Assembly (NCBI GenBank): GCA_037447605.1
Contig: CM074809.1
Coordinates: 2,842,689 to 2,906,688, forward strand
Source: Zygnema circumcarinatum SAG 698-1b
Taxonomy: Eukaryota > Plantae > Zygnematophyceae
Direction of reading: 5' to 3'
DNA: 64,000 nucleotides
In this document: positions 60,601-64,000 of the stretch, in pieces
How the letters are laid out: the number at the start of each line of letters is the position of its first letter
How positions within the stretch are numbered: position 1 is the stretch's first letter
The notes under the pieces: generated by a model
Seen by the model: only the letters and a program-made list of their open reading frames with translations
The model's database searches: none
What the model was told of the DNA's origin: nothing
Position numbers and translations under genes: made by a program

Positions 60601-63600
60601 TCTCCGGCTTCAATGTCCACAGGGACCCATCTCCTATCGGAGCCGTCCTAGCCACTTTAAGCTACAAGCAGCAGCAGGCAACATGAAGCAGTACATATTA
60701 TGCAACCAGAATTTGTCTCGTTCATGCAATTGCAAGGTGTTGACACTGTAGGATCACTTGTGAATCGCGAGGCCGTAGGCAACGTTTTAATACTAGGCAT
60801 GAAGCACTTATAGCCAAGAGAAAACTAATAGCCGAGAGAATAGTAGAACGCTCGTCCAACTAATATCTGAGGCTCAGTTGTTGTATACGCACACTATTTT
60901 TTCCTCGTCTGCAAGCTAGACCTTGTCCACGTGCATGCACACGTTCTATCTTTTGGCTGCTCCACCTAGTCCCTTACCTCAATGTATAGCTCCGCCATGG
61001 TATCTGTAAGTTCCAATTTCATGGACACCGAGGAATTCACCAAACTGTCCTTCCCTGTCATCAAAGGTTCCTGTATGCCAAAAACTTTGAGTCTGACGTC
61101 TGCCACGTTGCCGGCCCCCATTTCTGACCTCCCTTGTTCTACCGTCGGGCTGGCTATGGACATTCCTCCACCAGGGACATTGGGATTTCTTGCCGGTGCT
61201 CCTGCTCCTGCTGAAAGGATAGCTTGCCGTTCCAGTGCACTGTGATGTATGGCCTTCAGAAATGCAAACTGCAGCTCCGGTTGCAGGGTGAGCTCTTGTA
61301 CGATGTGCTCACAGTCGGCGCCGAAATGCTCGCCAATGAGACGGAGGGCTGCCTCACTGTTACAAAGGAAATAAGTCAGCCTGTTAGAGCCTGCAGAAAC
61401 AAGTTTGTGCAGCTTAATGAGCACTAGGAGCCATTCTTCCGGCAGATGTCGCGAACATTGAGGAAGATTAGGAATAGAACCTGCTAATGCCAATAAGGTC
61501 AGGAAGGCGCTGCAGGACTGCTGATCGAAACGATTTCAGAGCAGCAGCATTCCCTTGGAAATACGTTTGATTTCCCAACATCCTCCAGATAAACGAGAAG
61601 GGCTCCTGCGGGGACCCCTTGTCCTGCAACAAGCAGTCGAGGGCGGATGCGAGATGCGGGGGGCCTTGCTTTGTGTGCAGGAATGCACTGACCTGCACGT
61701 ACAAAAAGACAGGTTTTGAAGCGTAAGCGGCACATAAACGTTTACAAGTGTGATGAAGCACGGCTCAAGGTGCTGCTGGGGTTTCCATAGCAGCGTGAAG
61801 GTGGACTACTCCCGCACACCCTAATGGCAACAACATATCTATGAGTGCTTGTTGATGACCATCCTATGTTCAAATACCTGCCAAAATTGAGCGTTCCTCG
61901 CCAGCTTCGCCACCGTGACAAAATCCCATGTGTCCTCCTGTGCACTTTCCAGCAGAGCAAGCATCAGCTGTTCTCGGCGACGCCTATTACTCGCTTGTGT
62001 TACCTGTGGTGGACTCGCAGGTCCAGTTTGATGTGCTTCAAGGCCCAAACTTGCTGCGTCTCCTGTTCCATTCCCCATTCCCTTTCCTACTCCTCTTGGC
62101 TGGCCCTCCGCAAGATACTCTAGAATACATATGAACATAGTACGTTGCAAAGAGGCATGGCCTGCAGCAGTGTGCTCTGCTATAAAATCCAACAGTAATG
62201 CCGCATCCTGTGGTGATACCAATCCAAGTCCTGCTTTGACATCTCCCAGAGGCTGCTCCGCGTAGTTCCCATTCCCGGCTACCACCTTCGCTACCACTCC
62301 CTTGCTACGCTCTGCGTCCTTCCCAACGTCAAGAACAATACTGCCTTCGTACACTTCTACTATGGCAGCCACAAGCAATGACAGAAGACGCTTTCCCTCT
62401 GCTTCTTTGTCTTCTCCATCCTGACATTCCTCAGTAGTCATTTCATGGCCTTTTTTGGCTTCTGCCTCTAATGCTGCAATGCCTACTTGTTCCATGCCCA
62501 CTATCTGCCCCTCAGTGCTTTGTCTGTGAGGGTCCAACGAACTGTCATTTGGAAAGGCAGAAGAGAGCACTGATAGAGTGGCGGCTGTGTCGAGAGCCAA
62601 AAGTGACCTAAGTCGCGGAAAGGTGCCACATGGACCGATGAATCGTGGCCGTCCAGTCCGTTCCAAGATATACCCGAGCACCTTATGCTGGACAGAAGCA
62701 AGCTTGCTCTCGGGAAGCCTACCGTGTCCTGCACTCACGCAACATCTCCTTGTCCATTACAGGTGAGGGGGAAGGATGTGGAAGTGGGAACGAGAGAAGA
62801 GTGCGAAAAGGAGTAAGAGGTTGCGACAAAACGATGCAATGATATAGAATGCAGCTATCAGAGAATCGTTGATTTGACTGGAAATTTTGATCTAGGTTGA
62901 GTGAAGGAGTATACAAAAAGCTGATTATCGCAGAGCTACGAAAAAATGTACGGATGTTTAGACGCATGATATGCAATTTTTAGACATGAACAAGAATATA
63001 TCATGGCAATTCTGCTCGAAGGGACATTGGAAAAGATTAAATCAGTACTGGAAGAGCATGCGCTATTATTTTGATGTGGACCATCTTTATGGCAAGTAAC
63101 TTACCAGGCGGAAAGTACAGGCCTGCAAAGCAGTGCTGAAGGTAGACTAGCAGCTTGTACCTGCCATGTCCACCAACCACCCCCCCACAGACGGCGTCTT
63201 GCTCATCTTGTCCACCTTGGTGCACTGGAAACCGATACGCGTCATTAGCACACATGGACAAAACTTTTCTCAAAATGCCGTGCCATATCCGCGACTAGCT
63301 AGCTTGTACAGCAAGCAAGAAGGTGAACGTTTTCCATTCTGACAACCCAACCTGCCCGCATGGTTGCTTGTCCGGCTTACCCTACTTCTCGGCCGTGAGG
63401 GCTGTCGAAATCTCGAGCCACAGCCAAAAGCTCCTCCAGTGGTGAGACGAAGTCATCCAAACCACGAGTAAAGAGGTAGATGAGGGCACTATACAGCTCA
63501 TGGTCACGGCAAAGGTGAACCACCTGTGCACAACCGCACACCTCACATTTAGCGGTAGATTCCAGCATTGACATATGGCAAAAGGAGAGCTTCTCTCTCA

Positions 63601-64000
63601 TTGGCTGGACCTTCGTTTATTGCACAATGGCAGAATTGTTCTAATTTAGCAGCTGTTGCAGTAGGCTGATTACATTAATATCTGTAAGTAACACAACCAT
63701 AGTCTACTGTAGCGTCGGCGTATCTATGCCTTTCTTGCAGAAAGCAAGCCACGACAAGCATTTGTGTACATGCATTAGCATAGAACATTGCATGCCTTTC
63801 TTCGCGCAAATTTTCAGAAAACGGAAATCTCCGCTCCGACACTCAAAGCATGATGTGTGAGAGGGAACAAGTGCATGCCTGGTTGAAGTCGAGGGATGCA
63901 ATGTCCATGTGTAGCACACAATGCTCCACGCGCTGCAACCACCCCCGAGCACTGTAGTGCTCCACCAACGCCTGCATCATCTGCTCATCCCTACCACACA
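57693..64000 (-). CDS. VPS8: VPS8 (CORVET subunit), 3' portion; the 5' end lies beyond the window
   Basis: QMMQALVEHYSARGWLQRVEHCVLHMDIASLDFNQ|VVHLCRDHELYSALIYLFTRGLDDFVSPLEELL, GYKLLVYLQHCFAG, LLALDTAATLSVL, clathrin-repeat-like YRLEHCLALC...DAAAFLLERMG, C-terminal RING-H2 CCAC...CGHVAHRAC...CPLC and KLHLAPP. The exact stop is uncertain. Confidence 0.93.

Overview
This is eukaryotic, intron-rich DNA of roughly 50% GC, not prokaryotic. An XTH, an RLCK-VII kinase, an ACR11/12-type ACT protein and a plastid IF2, together with green-algal-type genes, point to a streptophyte alga or other early-diverging green plant (inference). I reconstructed about 15 spliced genes by hand from GT/GC-AG junctions and reading-frame phase: a probable PAN2 first exon (-), a divergent calmodulin-like gene (-), a coiled-coil/A9-Ig/PH-like gene (+), plastid IF2 (+), an unidentified candidate gene (-) head-to-head with WRAP73/WDR8 (+), a PBL-type kinase (+), canonical calmodulin (-), RPL19 (-) head-to-head with SmD3 (+), a zinc-finger + tandem-UBA gene (-), ACR12-like (+), XTH (-), APC15 (+) and the 3' part of VPS8 (-). 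The wide divergent intergenic regions are filled with non-coding elements: a hAT MITE with a perfect 8-bp TSD, several long foldback elements, a 5'-truncated RLE-type non-LTR retrotransposon and a 47-bp palindromic tandem array. CGTAC (SBP-box-type) motifs cluster at many gene 5' ends and are partly carried by these elements. Most entries in the supplied ORF track are artefacts of introns, GC-rich sequence or low-complexity repeats. Family assignments come from recalled motifs, not from database searches. No tRNA, rRNA or CRISPR array is supported.
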